A stretch of 64,000 nt of DNA from Nemertoderma westbladi (lineage: Eukaryota; Animalia; Xenacoelomorpha): contig JAUCBJ010007336.1 in assembly GCA_032718475.1 (NCBI GenBank), positions 1-64,000 of the forward strand, written 5' to 3'. The translations under genes were made by a program, and so were the position numbers. The notes under the pieces are model-generated. The model ran no database searches and was not told where the DNA came from. It saw only the letters and a list, made by a program, of their open reading frames with translations. Below, piece by piece: positions 48,209 to 58,359 of the stretch (within the stretch, counting starts at the first letter, position 1; each line of letters starts with the position of its first letter).

Positions 48209-51200
48209 CATGGCCTACTATATTATACGGCCTGATAGGTCACCTTATCAGCTCGCCTCAACAATCAAGGCCATTGTGTTAGTCTGTTATTTACTCTTTT
48301 AGAGACGCTATAAATAATGTTTAAATTCAAAGATGTAGAGAATAATCGATGTAGGTCTACAATGTAGATCAATGTGGAAATAATATTTTTTTTTCTTATT
48401 TATAACTAATATATTATAGATAGATATAATATAAAAAGGTAATGAATTTCGCTTTAAGTATAGGAAAAGTGATGAGATTCAAAGTTATGTTGTCAAAACT
48501 ATATATCTCATTGTGTATAACGTAGTACTTGTATCTCAAACAAGTCCCAGCTGTAAATATTTACATGAACGAGCGAAGCGAGTGAAATATTGAAACGAAG
48601 GATGGAAGTGAGATAAGGATTAAGGTAAATTAGCTGCAATAATAAATATGTTAATACGTAGTAACTCAATAATTCATTTAATCACAATTTAATTACTTAT
48701 CCTTTAATAGCTGTCTTTCCTTAAAACTTCTGATACTATCTACGCGCCTTTCGTCAGTTTTGTCGCGCTGTGTATTGTTGAAAAAAATATTAACAATAGT
48801 GCGGTGCAATATGTCTACTAGATGATTATGGTTATCACAAAAAGAAATATCTTCAGAGTGGTATAGACCATAAGTCTTTAAAAAATGTAATGCTAACTTT
48901 CGTGCAGGAACTTTAGAACTATAAAATAAAGTTTCTACACATTCCAGCCTAATAAAGCAGCTGGCTATGCTATTAGTGAACTCATCACTCGGAACTTTAA
49001 GTCCACTTCGGTTGAGGATATTAATATATTCGTTCGACTCACTAGAAATAGAATCTTCAACTTCTACCATAACTAAAGTGGGGCAGTACTTGCAGGATTT
49101 GAACTCCTTAGAATCCTTACTATGCAGTTTTCTAATTAAATAACCAGCAATGTATCTTACAACTTCTAGACTTTCACCTTGAATTTGCGATTCTAGAATA
49201 GAGTTTTCTAAGCAGCGTACAGCAATGTCAAATTCATGAAATGATTCAACTTCCTTGCGGGCATCAGGCTTTATAGAATCCTCAGCCCAGAAATCGATTT
49301 CGCTATGCAAGAGAGTACGTAAACGGGAAATACGTTCAGAATTGTTTACCTCGAGTAAAGAAACCAAAAAACGCCCGCCGCTCATTTGTCTATATTGTGA
49401 ATATCTCAATTCGAGAGGGTCCGAACTTAGTCTAGATGTTAACACATACTGAAATCCTTCAGCCAATAAATCATCAATCAAATCTGCTGAGCCACGTAGC
49501 GTTTGAATGAAGGCATCTCCCGTCTGTGGTGTTAATGTGTTCCCACGCCAGCTATCGTACGTATTACCCAATTGCCAAGTACTAATCCAGTCTGCCAAAA
49601 CGCGAAAAAACGTAGTTTTGTTATCACCCTGTTCAACTGCATTTCCGAGATAATTGTTGGGATGGTATCTTTGTTTGGAATTGCTAATGATCCACCAGTT
49701 ATGAATAAGCGATAAAAACTTAGCTGAGGAAATTCGGTTGGGAAAATATCTCAACATAGCGACTGTAGTCTGCTCATCGAAAATAGCCAATGCCAGCGGT
49801 ACTGACTGTTTATTGTTGCCTGGGTGGATTGCTCTGTATGTTAACTTGGGGGCCATGTGCAAATGGGAATCTAGCTGATCTTTATCGTGCAAGTCAAAGA
49901 GATCTTTCCACCGACATTGACCCTTAGGCAAAGATATGATATCTTTAAAAGCATTAAAACAAAATGCTGGAAAATAAAATACTTTCCCATTTAGAAGACT
50001 GTTTCGTAAATTCTTTAATAAATGCACGTTATCGTAGAGTAAGTAAACCTTGAATCCACTGAAAGTTATTACACGGTTCATTAAGTTGTCAAGTGGATAA
50101 CTTCGATGACATTCTAGTGGGGGATACTTTTTAAATAGGTTTGCAAACATGGAGACATTAACCGACAGATTATCGGTTATTATAGCACGTACCTTTAGAC
50201 CAATGTCTAGACATTGTTGAAGAACAGAAACGGTTTCATCGGTTTGCCAACTAGATCTGAGGCTTACTATAGGTACTGAATGGACAATGTAAGAAACTCC
50301 TTTCATCAGACTAACGACCATAAAACAAACAATCTCTGTGTATAAAACTCCTTTACTATTCATTCCTATAAGTTCGCCTTGGCTGTAAGTTACGGCTTTC
50401 TCTAATTTCATTCCATCTATTAATAATACAACATCCTTATCTATAGTCCCTTTTTCGATCAAAGCCGAAAGAGCTCGTAAGGCATCCACACCACCAGATT
50501 GGAGTTTATTTAATACCGATATTGAAGGCAATTTTACCTCCTTTAGTAATAATCGATAAGATTGAGCTGATGTGTAACGCATCATAAGAGCGAAACGGAT
50601 AACGTTATGAGAATAAGGTGGTCTGCCGTATTTATCATAATGTTGCACTTTCAATACCTCTTCAAAAATATGCGAACGATTCAAGTTTCCAATGTTGCGC
50701 AAATAGGTGACAAAGTTTTCAATTTGCGTCAAATTGGTCAACTTCGCAGAGGAAGATTTCGTAAACCAAAGTGGCAATGGAACTGGTCGCTGAGCATAAT
50801 CAAGTTTTACATGCAGATCGGGCGTTATTTTAATAACCTCCCAGAGTTTAGGCATCCCACGCTCGCCATCTATTTCCAACCGATAAAGAAGTAATCTATC
50901 CTCATTTTTGTCAAACGTATAACCAGAAGGACAGCAATTGATGGTTAGGTCTGCGAAAGTTGAGACTTTATACCGGCTATTGAATTCCTTTATTTCGTCG
51001 GGTTGGTAAACTCTAGGCGTTGGCTCCTTCCGTGGCTGTTTAACAGTAGGTGTTAAAGAATCTGGTGTTCCTGGAGTCGCGATATTTGGTACTGGCGAAA
51101 GAGACCAGTCTAAAGCAACATTTCCAGCTGGTGTTATCTTAAGGAATTGCTGTTCAAAGTGATCACTGCAGATTCGCGAATGAGTTGACACCGAAAAATC

Positions 51201-51570
51201 TTGCCTGTTCACGAATTTAACCCATCGCTGTTTTAAATCCTCATTGCTGGGGAACATAAAGCTTGGCTTCCGAGGCTGACCTTTATACCCGGTTTTACAA
51301 TTATATATACAGCATTTATTAACCATACTGAGCATTGAATTTACTGACAAAACATTTAGCAGTTTAGTCTAGGCTACTGTTGTGCGTTGTATTTGGTATT
51401 ACTGTATTACTGTCTGCCTGTACCGGTAGGCCTACCCTGTACCGCATCCAGCATGGCATGAGTCAGTCAGACAGACAACAGGTAACACAATCCAAATTCT
51501 AAAACTAATGGCCTTGATTTTCGAGGCCTGATAAGGTGACCTATCAGGCCGTATAATATAGTAGGCCATG
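48209..51570 (-). mobile_element. P-superfamily (THAP) DNA transposon, apparently full length
   Basis: Perfect 43-bp TIRs starting CATGGCC (48209-48251 and 51528-51570; imperfect match to ~65 bp). 7-bp TSD TCTCAGC at 48202-48208 and 51571-51577. Confidence 0.95.
48693..51326 (-). CDS. THAP-domain P-element-type transposase (~877 aa)
   Basis: N-terminal C2CH THAP domain (CCIYNC...FP...W...ICSDHF...PVP); RNase H-fold motifs LLIDGM, ITDN, YDNVHLLKNLRN, KQSV and SSDPLE; no stops or introns. Confidence 0.93.
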   Translation of the reverse strand: MVNKCCIYNCKTGYKGQPRKPSFMFPSNEDLKQRWVKFVNRQDFSVSTHSRICSDHFEQQFLKITPAGNVALDWSLSPVPNIATPGTPDSLTPTVKQPRKEPTPRVYQPDEIKEFNSRYKVSTFADLTINCCPSGYTFDKNEDRLLLYRLEIDGERGMPKLWEVIKITPDLHVKLDYAQRPVPLPLWFTKSSSAKLTNLTQIENFVTYLRNIGNLNRSHIFEEVLKVQHYDKYGRPPYSHNVIRFALMMRYTSAQSYRLLLKEVKLPSISVLNKLQSGGVDALRALSALIEKGTIDKDVVLLIDGMKLEKAVTYSQGELIGMNSKGVLYTEIVCFMVVSLMKGVSYIVHSVPIVSLRSSWQTDETVSVLQQCLDIGLKVRAIITDNLSVNVSMFANLFKKYPPLECHRSYPLDNLMNRVITFSGFKVYLLYDNVHLLKNLRNSLLNGKVFYFPAFCFNAFKDIISLPKGQCRWKDLFDLHDKDQLDSHLHMAPKLTYRAIHPGNNKQSVPLALAIFDEQTTVAMLRYFPNRISSAKFLSLIHNWWIISNSKQRYHPNNYLGNAVEQGDNKTTFFRVLADWISTWQLGNTYDSWRGNTLTPQTGDAFIQTLRGSADLIDDLLAEGFQYVLTSRLSSDPLELRYSQYRQMSGGRFLVSLLEVNNSERISRLRTLLHSEIDFWAEDSIKPDARKEVESFHEFDIAVRCLENSILESQIQGESLEVVRYIAGYLIRKLHSKDSKEFKSCKYCPTLVMVEVEDSISSESNEYINILNRSGLKVPSDEFTNSIASCFIRLECVETLFYSSKVPARKLALHFLKTYGLYHSEDISFCDNHNHLVDILHRTIVNIFFNNTQRDKTDERRVDSIRSFKERQLLKDK

Positions 51571-51720
51571 TCTCAGCTTCTGAAATACTCCAGACTGTCA
51601 GACTCACTGACTGTCAACTGTAGTTTGGCTGGTTGGTAGTACCGGAGGTTACAGGGTTACTGTGGTACGGTCAAGTCCTACTACCAGACTACAGTCAGAC
51701 AGTACGAGGTACAATTATAT

Positions 51721-51836
51721 GTCAGATGCCGTCCGATCCGATCCGATCCGATGCAATTCAGCAATTATTCTAGCTACAACTGTCAGACTGCAGACTGTAC
51801 AAGCCTAGCTGCTTAGGCCTACTTCTGTTTTGCCTA
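51721..51836 (+). repeat. Left arm of ~120-bp inverted repeat, includes (CCGAT)n
   Basis: Reverse complement of 54420-54553 apart from small indels. Confidence 0.85.
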
Positions 51837-53329
51837 TCACAGTTTCTCTAACGCAATATCCCTTTAATTGAATATCAGAATATTCCACCTATCTTTGCCG
51901 TGTTTTATTTAATTAATATAGGGCATAATAAATTAGTAGAGGAGCTAGATCTGAAAACTGATTATACCGCGGTTATACGGCGCCTACACTTTTCTTTACT
52001 GCAATGAAAGCCGGTGTATAGCTGTATAGTACCCGGCTGCGTGGGGTTCCAGGACGAAGGTCAGAAAAAAAGCACTACTGTATGGCCACTTTTCGACCGT
52101 CGACACAAAGCCGCTGCGAAGTTATTATGGGACAGGATGGTGATGCTCGGTAGACAGTGGCGGTTCTAGGGGGGGGGGGGGGGGGGGGGCAAGGGGGCAT
52201 CTGCCCCTCCCCAGGTATCTTGGGGGGGGGGGGGCTTGCCCCCTCCCTACTGCCCTAACGAAAGGTAATGTGGTAAATCCGTACCAGTGCACAACTGCCC
52301 ACATTGCACATGTGAAGGTGTCACAGGTGAGAAGGTAGATGTCTCCTGCGATTGGTCCATGGTATGGTCACTGGAAATATCTCCATTGCCACCATTGGTA
52401 AGTTCAGTGGCTTGGTGGTTTAAGGCATGTGCAAGTAAATTTAAGCAGTAAATTTCTTAATACAGTAATATAATATAATTTTGCAATTAAAATAGTCTTA
52501 AAATATTCATTTAATTACTTCAATATTTTCCACTACCACACATGTTATGAAAGTTTGTGCGGCTAAAATATAAAAGTATATTTAGTATATTTTAGTATTA
52601 AAGTATATTTATTGCCTCTTAAATAATTAAATATAAGATAATTATTTTATTGCGCAGAACACCACCTCCAAACCGAAACCTAACTAACCAAAACAATAAA
52701 CGATATCATTACAAATTAATGGAAAGGAGTGCCACACACGTCGCGTCTCTCCTCCACATCTTTGGAACGATACTGGTTACAATCTGTCAGTTTAGTTTAA
52801 TACCTGGAGTATACTACCCCCCCCCCCCCCCCCCCCCCCATAGAGTTTCGTGGAGCTATACTTACCATGGAGCTATAGAGTTTCGATAAAGCTGTAAAGT
52901 TTCCCCCAGGATAATAATAATAATTTTATAAAGGCTTTATTTAATTAACCTAATCTTACTTAAAAATCATGACAACTAAATTATTGTTTACAAATACATT
53001 TCAACGGATACAATAAATTTGTTAAATACACCCTAATTATATTGACGCAAAGGAACAACAGATATCAAGAGAGAGACTTTCAGTCTGGATTTCCGCATAG
53101 AAAAATAGTTTTACAATAATTAGTATTAATTATTATGGGTAGAATGTATTCGAATATTTCAAGTGATTATTTCGATGAAACGTTGCAAATTATGACTACA
53201 ACACTGTTGATAACGGTTATAAGATAAGGTCTCTATACCATGTTATGTAGCAATCATAATAATAATCAGATTACACATCTTTACTTTAGGAAACATAAAT
53301 AGGTATAAGACCGTACACAACTGTTACAT

Positions 53330-53465
53330 AATAGGTACAAAATGTACGCAACTTGGTACATAGTAGGTGCAAAAGGTACACAACTTGGTACAATAGGTAC
53401 AAAAGGTACACAACTTGGTACAATAGGTACAAAAGGTCCGCAACTTGGTACATTGTAGGTACAAA
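53330..53465. repeat. ~30-33-bp tandem repeat (AACTTGGTACAATAGGTACAAAAGGTACAC), ~4 copies
   Basis: Seen directly; abuts the truncated end of the DDX1 pseudogene. Confidence 0.85.
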
Positions 53466-53466
53466 A

Positions 53467-54313
53467 CGGCGCCCGGGATACAATGGTGTACCCGGAAAGA
53501 AGATGCGCAGATAAACGGATAAATTCGGCGAAAATAAACATAATATCAGCATTCTTTAAAGATACCGACAGACTGCGGGAATACAGGAATAACGGGAGTT
53601 TGCGTAAATTAGCGGGAATCTCGAAAGCTTTCCCGAGATCACTTCCGTTTTTACTGTACCGGTACCCAATTGTGCCCACATCCAGATCGATCCGATAACC
53701 GATCACGTCGCCTAGTCCGTATGGTTGTCCATAGTCGTCAAAACGCCGCCCGAAACACTTCTTACAGTTTCCTCCGAAGCCAAAACTATGGTGCTCCAAC
53801 CAACCCGGCATGGGCCCTCGCACCTCGTCCTTTACCGTCGCCTCGTAACAGCTGAATAGTAACGACCGGATCCGACTATTCCTTTAGTCGTCCGGGTACC
53901 GTGCCAACTCCTCTGGTCAAGCGCATGACACAGCAACCGTCCGCGGAGATCTGGAGATGGCCAACCACCAACTGGTCACCTCCATCGCTCTATCGAATGA
54001 CTGAATGAGTTCAACTGAAATTTCGTAGGCCTAGTTCTTCCCCCCGATTTCCCATCGAGTTTTCCATCTCGGAGTTTGTACCGTAGAGTTTCATGGACCA
54101 GCTGTAGTATCGGGATCCAGAATGCCCCGGTCTTCCCGCTTCCGCCGCCATCAGCACAGTCTCCACCGCCCAGGCAGCCAGGACAGCAGGATCAGAGCTG
54201 CAGAGGGACAGCCTCACCCTGCAAGTTGGTCGGTAGGACATCCAGGACATCCAACGCGCGTCCGATTTCATTCTGAACACCACAGTCAGCTACAGAGCTA
54301 CGAATGATCCCAT
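53467..54313 (-). pseudogene. DDX1: DDX1 (DEAD-box helicase with SPRY insertion) 5' fragment, frameshifted
   Basis: Pieces across frames: MGSF/ADCGVQNEIGRAL..LPTNLQGEAVPL; VLMAAE/GSGKTGAFWIPILQLVHETL (motif I); WHGTRTTKG..GRYY; CRVGWS; FGFGGNCKK..FDDYGQPY..DVIG..SKNGSDLGKAFEIP..LKNA (SPRY). Several frameshifts; the rest of the helicase is absent. Confidence 0.88.
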
Positions 54314-54419
54314 ACAGCCATACTGTGTACTGCAGTACTGCCATACCTGCATACTGCCATATACAATAATGCAATACTGCAATAGGCCAATAGTCATACT
54401 GCCAGACTGCGTTCATTGT

Positions 54420-54553
54420 TAGGCAAAACAGAAGTAGGCCTAAGCCAGTAAGCAGCTAGGCTTGTACAGTCTGCAGTCTGACAGTTGTAGCTACAATAAT
54501 TGCCGAAATGCATCGGATCGGATCGGATCGGATCGGATCGGACGGCATCTGAC
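54420..54553 (-). repeat. Right arm of inverted repeat, includes (ATCGG)n
   Basis: Reverse complement of 51721-51836. Confidence 0.85.
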
Positions 54554-54892
54554 TATAAATGCACCCTAAATAAACGGTCACTTTACCAATTCAGGGAAAG
54601 GAGCAGGTTACTGGGTTACAGACCAGGTTACTGAGTATCCTTCGAATACTGAATACTGTACTGTGCTGTCCTAATGCATACTTAGTACTGCTCGCCTGAC
54701 TAGTGGACTTTTACTCAGACCGAGAAACTACCCCGGTAGACAGCTTTATCGATATTTTAATCACTCTCTAATATTCCAAATTTCCCCGTCCGGAATGCCC
54801 AACTGGAAGGATGTTGGTGAGGCAATCCTCCGCCGCCTGGACGACCTACACGCAGGCCAAGATGAGCTGCGGAAGGAAATCAGGGAGCTCCG

Positions 54893-55795
54893 TGTAAAAG
54901 CCTTTGCTGAATTGCCCCGTTATTTTTATTATCTTTTACATTAAAATACTCTGTAGTTGATTTAATAAGTGTAAGAGACCGTATTATTGCTGTATCGGTG
55001 TTTTTAGAGGATCTAAGACCTATTTCCTCCGTATGTGTACTGTGAAAGGCATATTTTATGATTCTATGGCAATTCGTGACGCAAAGGGGTGATAGCTACT
55101 CTTGAACAGTAGTTACTATGACTACGGTTAACAGCTGACATTCATACGTGTTGATTTCCTTTGTTCTACGGCGTCTCTCAGTTCAGTCAGCCAATTAGAG
55201 CGTTTTTGTGGCTCCTTGTACAGAAAATTTCCGAGAAATGACGCAATGCCTATGTGCAGTGTTTACATTCAGTCCTGAGCCAAAGAAAGAACGGCTTGGA
55301 AGTATTTTGTGCTTTACTGTTTTTAGTCTTACACTAGTAGGTTTAATTATAAAGGGCATATATCCTTTAACTAACGACTACCTGACTCATGGAATCACTG
55401 CTGACTGATGATCATACATCCTGACTGCTGAAACATTGCAAACTCATAACAATCAGTGTTCAGTTGTTGTTTTATACTGCTATTTACTGTCAGTTCTTCA
55501 TAATATGGTTGATGAATAATTATATTTGGAATAACGAGAAATAACCCCGAAACCCAATATTCTTGATATACGGGTGTCGGTGGTTGTCGGTGGCGTATTT
55601 AGTCAAACCCTTGATATACCGAAGGTAAGAGAGAAAGGTTACAGATAAACGATTGTGACTTATGTTAAAGTGGTTTGAAGTGAATCTAATGTTATTTGAT
55701 AGACCCTACATGAGTCAGTCTGTGTTCCTTTTATATGTGACTAAAATCAGTGAAGATTGGCAGATTAGTGTGCAGTATTGTGCAGCATTGTGTAT
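54893..55795 (+). repeat. 5' LTR of copy C (inner boundary approximate)
   Basis: Recognisable but diverged homology to the A/B LTRs; CCAAT box at ~55190. Confidence 0.75.
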
Positions 55796-58359
55796 GAGTG
55801 AGTCTGTTAAAGAAGCAATTCCTAAAGAATGCGCCATATATGTGAATTATAATTAAGCCATATCGTTGTGAGTAGTTTAAGTCATAACTCTGTTTATATA
55901 GATAAAGCGCCACGTCCTAAAGGAACTGTTAATATTCCCGAAGGTGAATAATATTGTCAGAGATTATATAATACTGTCAGTCGAATAATACATTAGGCTT
56001 ACATAGCAATAAAATTAAACCGTCGAACCCAATCTCCCGGGAATCTCCAGCGGGTGAATGGTCGCGCACGGATTGGTTTCGACTAGTGTAGTGAATCAAA
56101 TACTTGTCATAGACTAAAAACTGATTTAATATCTAGAAGACATCTTAATTTGGTGGGTTAAACTGCCAAAGGTCTGAAAGCGCGAACATTAAAGGATATA
56201 GCTTCTTTGTTGCAGTAAGCAATAAAGTTGAAAGTACCGGTCAACCGGTAAACCTGAACAGTACACCTGTAGGTCAGTAGGCCCAACCGCTAGAACCGGT
56301 ACTGCCGTATAAGTACACTAGTATTATTCGATTTGATTGTTGTATACCGGTAGGCTGTTTAAGAGATTAGGGACTGTACACCCCTTGTTTCTTTTGGAGC
56401 TTACTTATTTCTGTCAGTTTTATTTGTTTGTAGGCCAGTATTGAACAGAAGGCGTGTAAACCTGATCAGATTGTACAGACGATTTGTAGGCTGAGCTGTT
56501 GTCTGATTGCTGTTAAGTCCGAACGAATTGCAGTGTGTGTAGATCACCTGTCCGATTAAGTACGATTAGGCAGTAGGGGCAGCGAACGCTGTAAGGTAAT
56601 CCCCCAACTAAAGAATAAGTCGCACTACTGGGTTAGAGCGCATACTCCCTAATCATTTCGGAGTCTGCATGTCCTGTGGTTTATTTAGGCTTGAGAGTGG
56701 TCTGCCATCGTTTAGTCTGTACTTTGTTTGTGTAAGTCTGTGCGGGTAGCGTATAATTTTATTTAGATAATTTGTAGGCTGGATAGTTGTCTGGCTGTTA
56801 TTAGGTCTGAACGGATTGCCGCGTGTGTGGATCATCTGTCCGATTAAGTACGATTAGGCAGTAGGGGCAGCGAACGCTGTAAGGTAAACCCCAACTAAAG
56901 AATAAGTCGCACTACTGGGTTAGAGCGCATACTCCCTAATCATTTCGGAGTCTGCATATACCGTAGTTTGTTTAGGCTTGATAGTAGTCTGTCAGTGTTC
57001 GGTCTGTATTTTGTTTGAGTAGTTTGTACGCGTAGCGTAATATTTATTATTCAGAGTTTATGCGATTATCCGCAACATTCATTCCCCAAGTTTGTTCATA
57101 CAGTAATTGTGTTTGTTATACATACCGTTATAGTTAAATTAACCCCGGTACTACACGGGCTGCTTGGCGTAGGTAAAGACTGGTGATTTTGTGCATCGGT
57201 CACTCCAGCAGATGCCGTGGTTCTTTTAGCTGTTCAAGTATATTTAACTACTGATTATTTGTTGTACAAGTACTCGTACCTAATTTAGGGTTTAGTGTAC
57301 AGTGCTTTCCGAAGTAATTATTGTAGGCATTATATTTGTGTTGTAAAGTGGTTGATAGGCACATTCGATTAGCTCTATTAACTTCTAGGTAGGAACACTC
57401 CGTGATACATAACGTAGAACCTATAGCGATACGGCTATAGGTCGTCAGGCGGTGGTATTTTCCTATCTAGACAACGCAGTGTATTTACTACTACTTATTA
57501 TTTCAAATACCGTAGTACTCTGTCCGTTGTAATAACCGGTTATCTAACCCTTTGTTAGGCTGGTTTGTAGACTTCTTGTAAAATTACCCTAAAAATTCGT
57601 ATTTGTGTTTTTGTAAATTTTTGTGTTTATTTAGAGATTGTAATCTCAACCCAAATTGTACGTAATTTGTAGTATTAAGTAACTTAGGTAAATTAGTATT
57701 ATTTGTTTTAGTGTCCTGTACGTAACACTTCACTGAAAGCGCACCGCTTTGTGTAGTGATTACTCCCCAGAAATAATAACATTTATTTCAAACATTGACA
57801 AAACCCATTAAAAACGGGTATATATATATTATAAATCAAATCTAACGATTTATAAATCGTAGGCCTACCATACAACCATTAGGCCTCAATATCAGTTGGA
57901 TTACTGCTCAAATAACGGTAATAAAGTAAGTAAAGTAACCAAGTAACCCTAAAATTCAGAAATTCAATTATTTAAAATAATTGATATACCGGTATTCTCG
58001 ATAGGCCTATTATCTTTATTTCTATAAATTTTGGCTGAAATTATACCGGTACTTGTAATTAATTCTAGTCCAGAATTATATATACTACAAACTGTAAGCT
58101 GTATACCGGTATTCAGATAGGCCTATTATATATTTATATATATTTGTGCTAAAATTATACCGGTATTCTGTGATAAACCTAGTCTGTAATAATAGTTATA
58201 TATACTATAAGCATACCGGTATTCTAATATATTATATATATATCACGCTACACTGAGTAGCAGTAACGGTAATTAATTACTAGGCTAGCAGGTAATACTG
58301 CGTTACTAGACTTACTCAGACTGTAATACAGCAGTAGACATTCAACGGTATACATAGTC

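Noticed and set aside
52155-52260. CAGTGGCGG + poly-G, resembling a hAT/MITE terminus
   Set aside because: No matching opposite terminus or TSD could be found.
55400-55440. Hammerhead ribozyme-like CTGATGA...GAAAC in copy C LTR
   Set aside because: The intervening bases do not form stem II and the motif is not conserved in the other LTRs.
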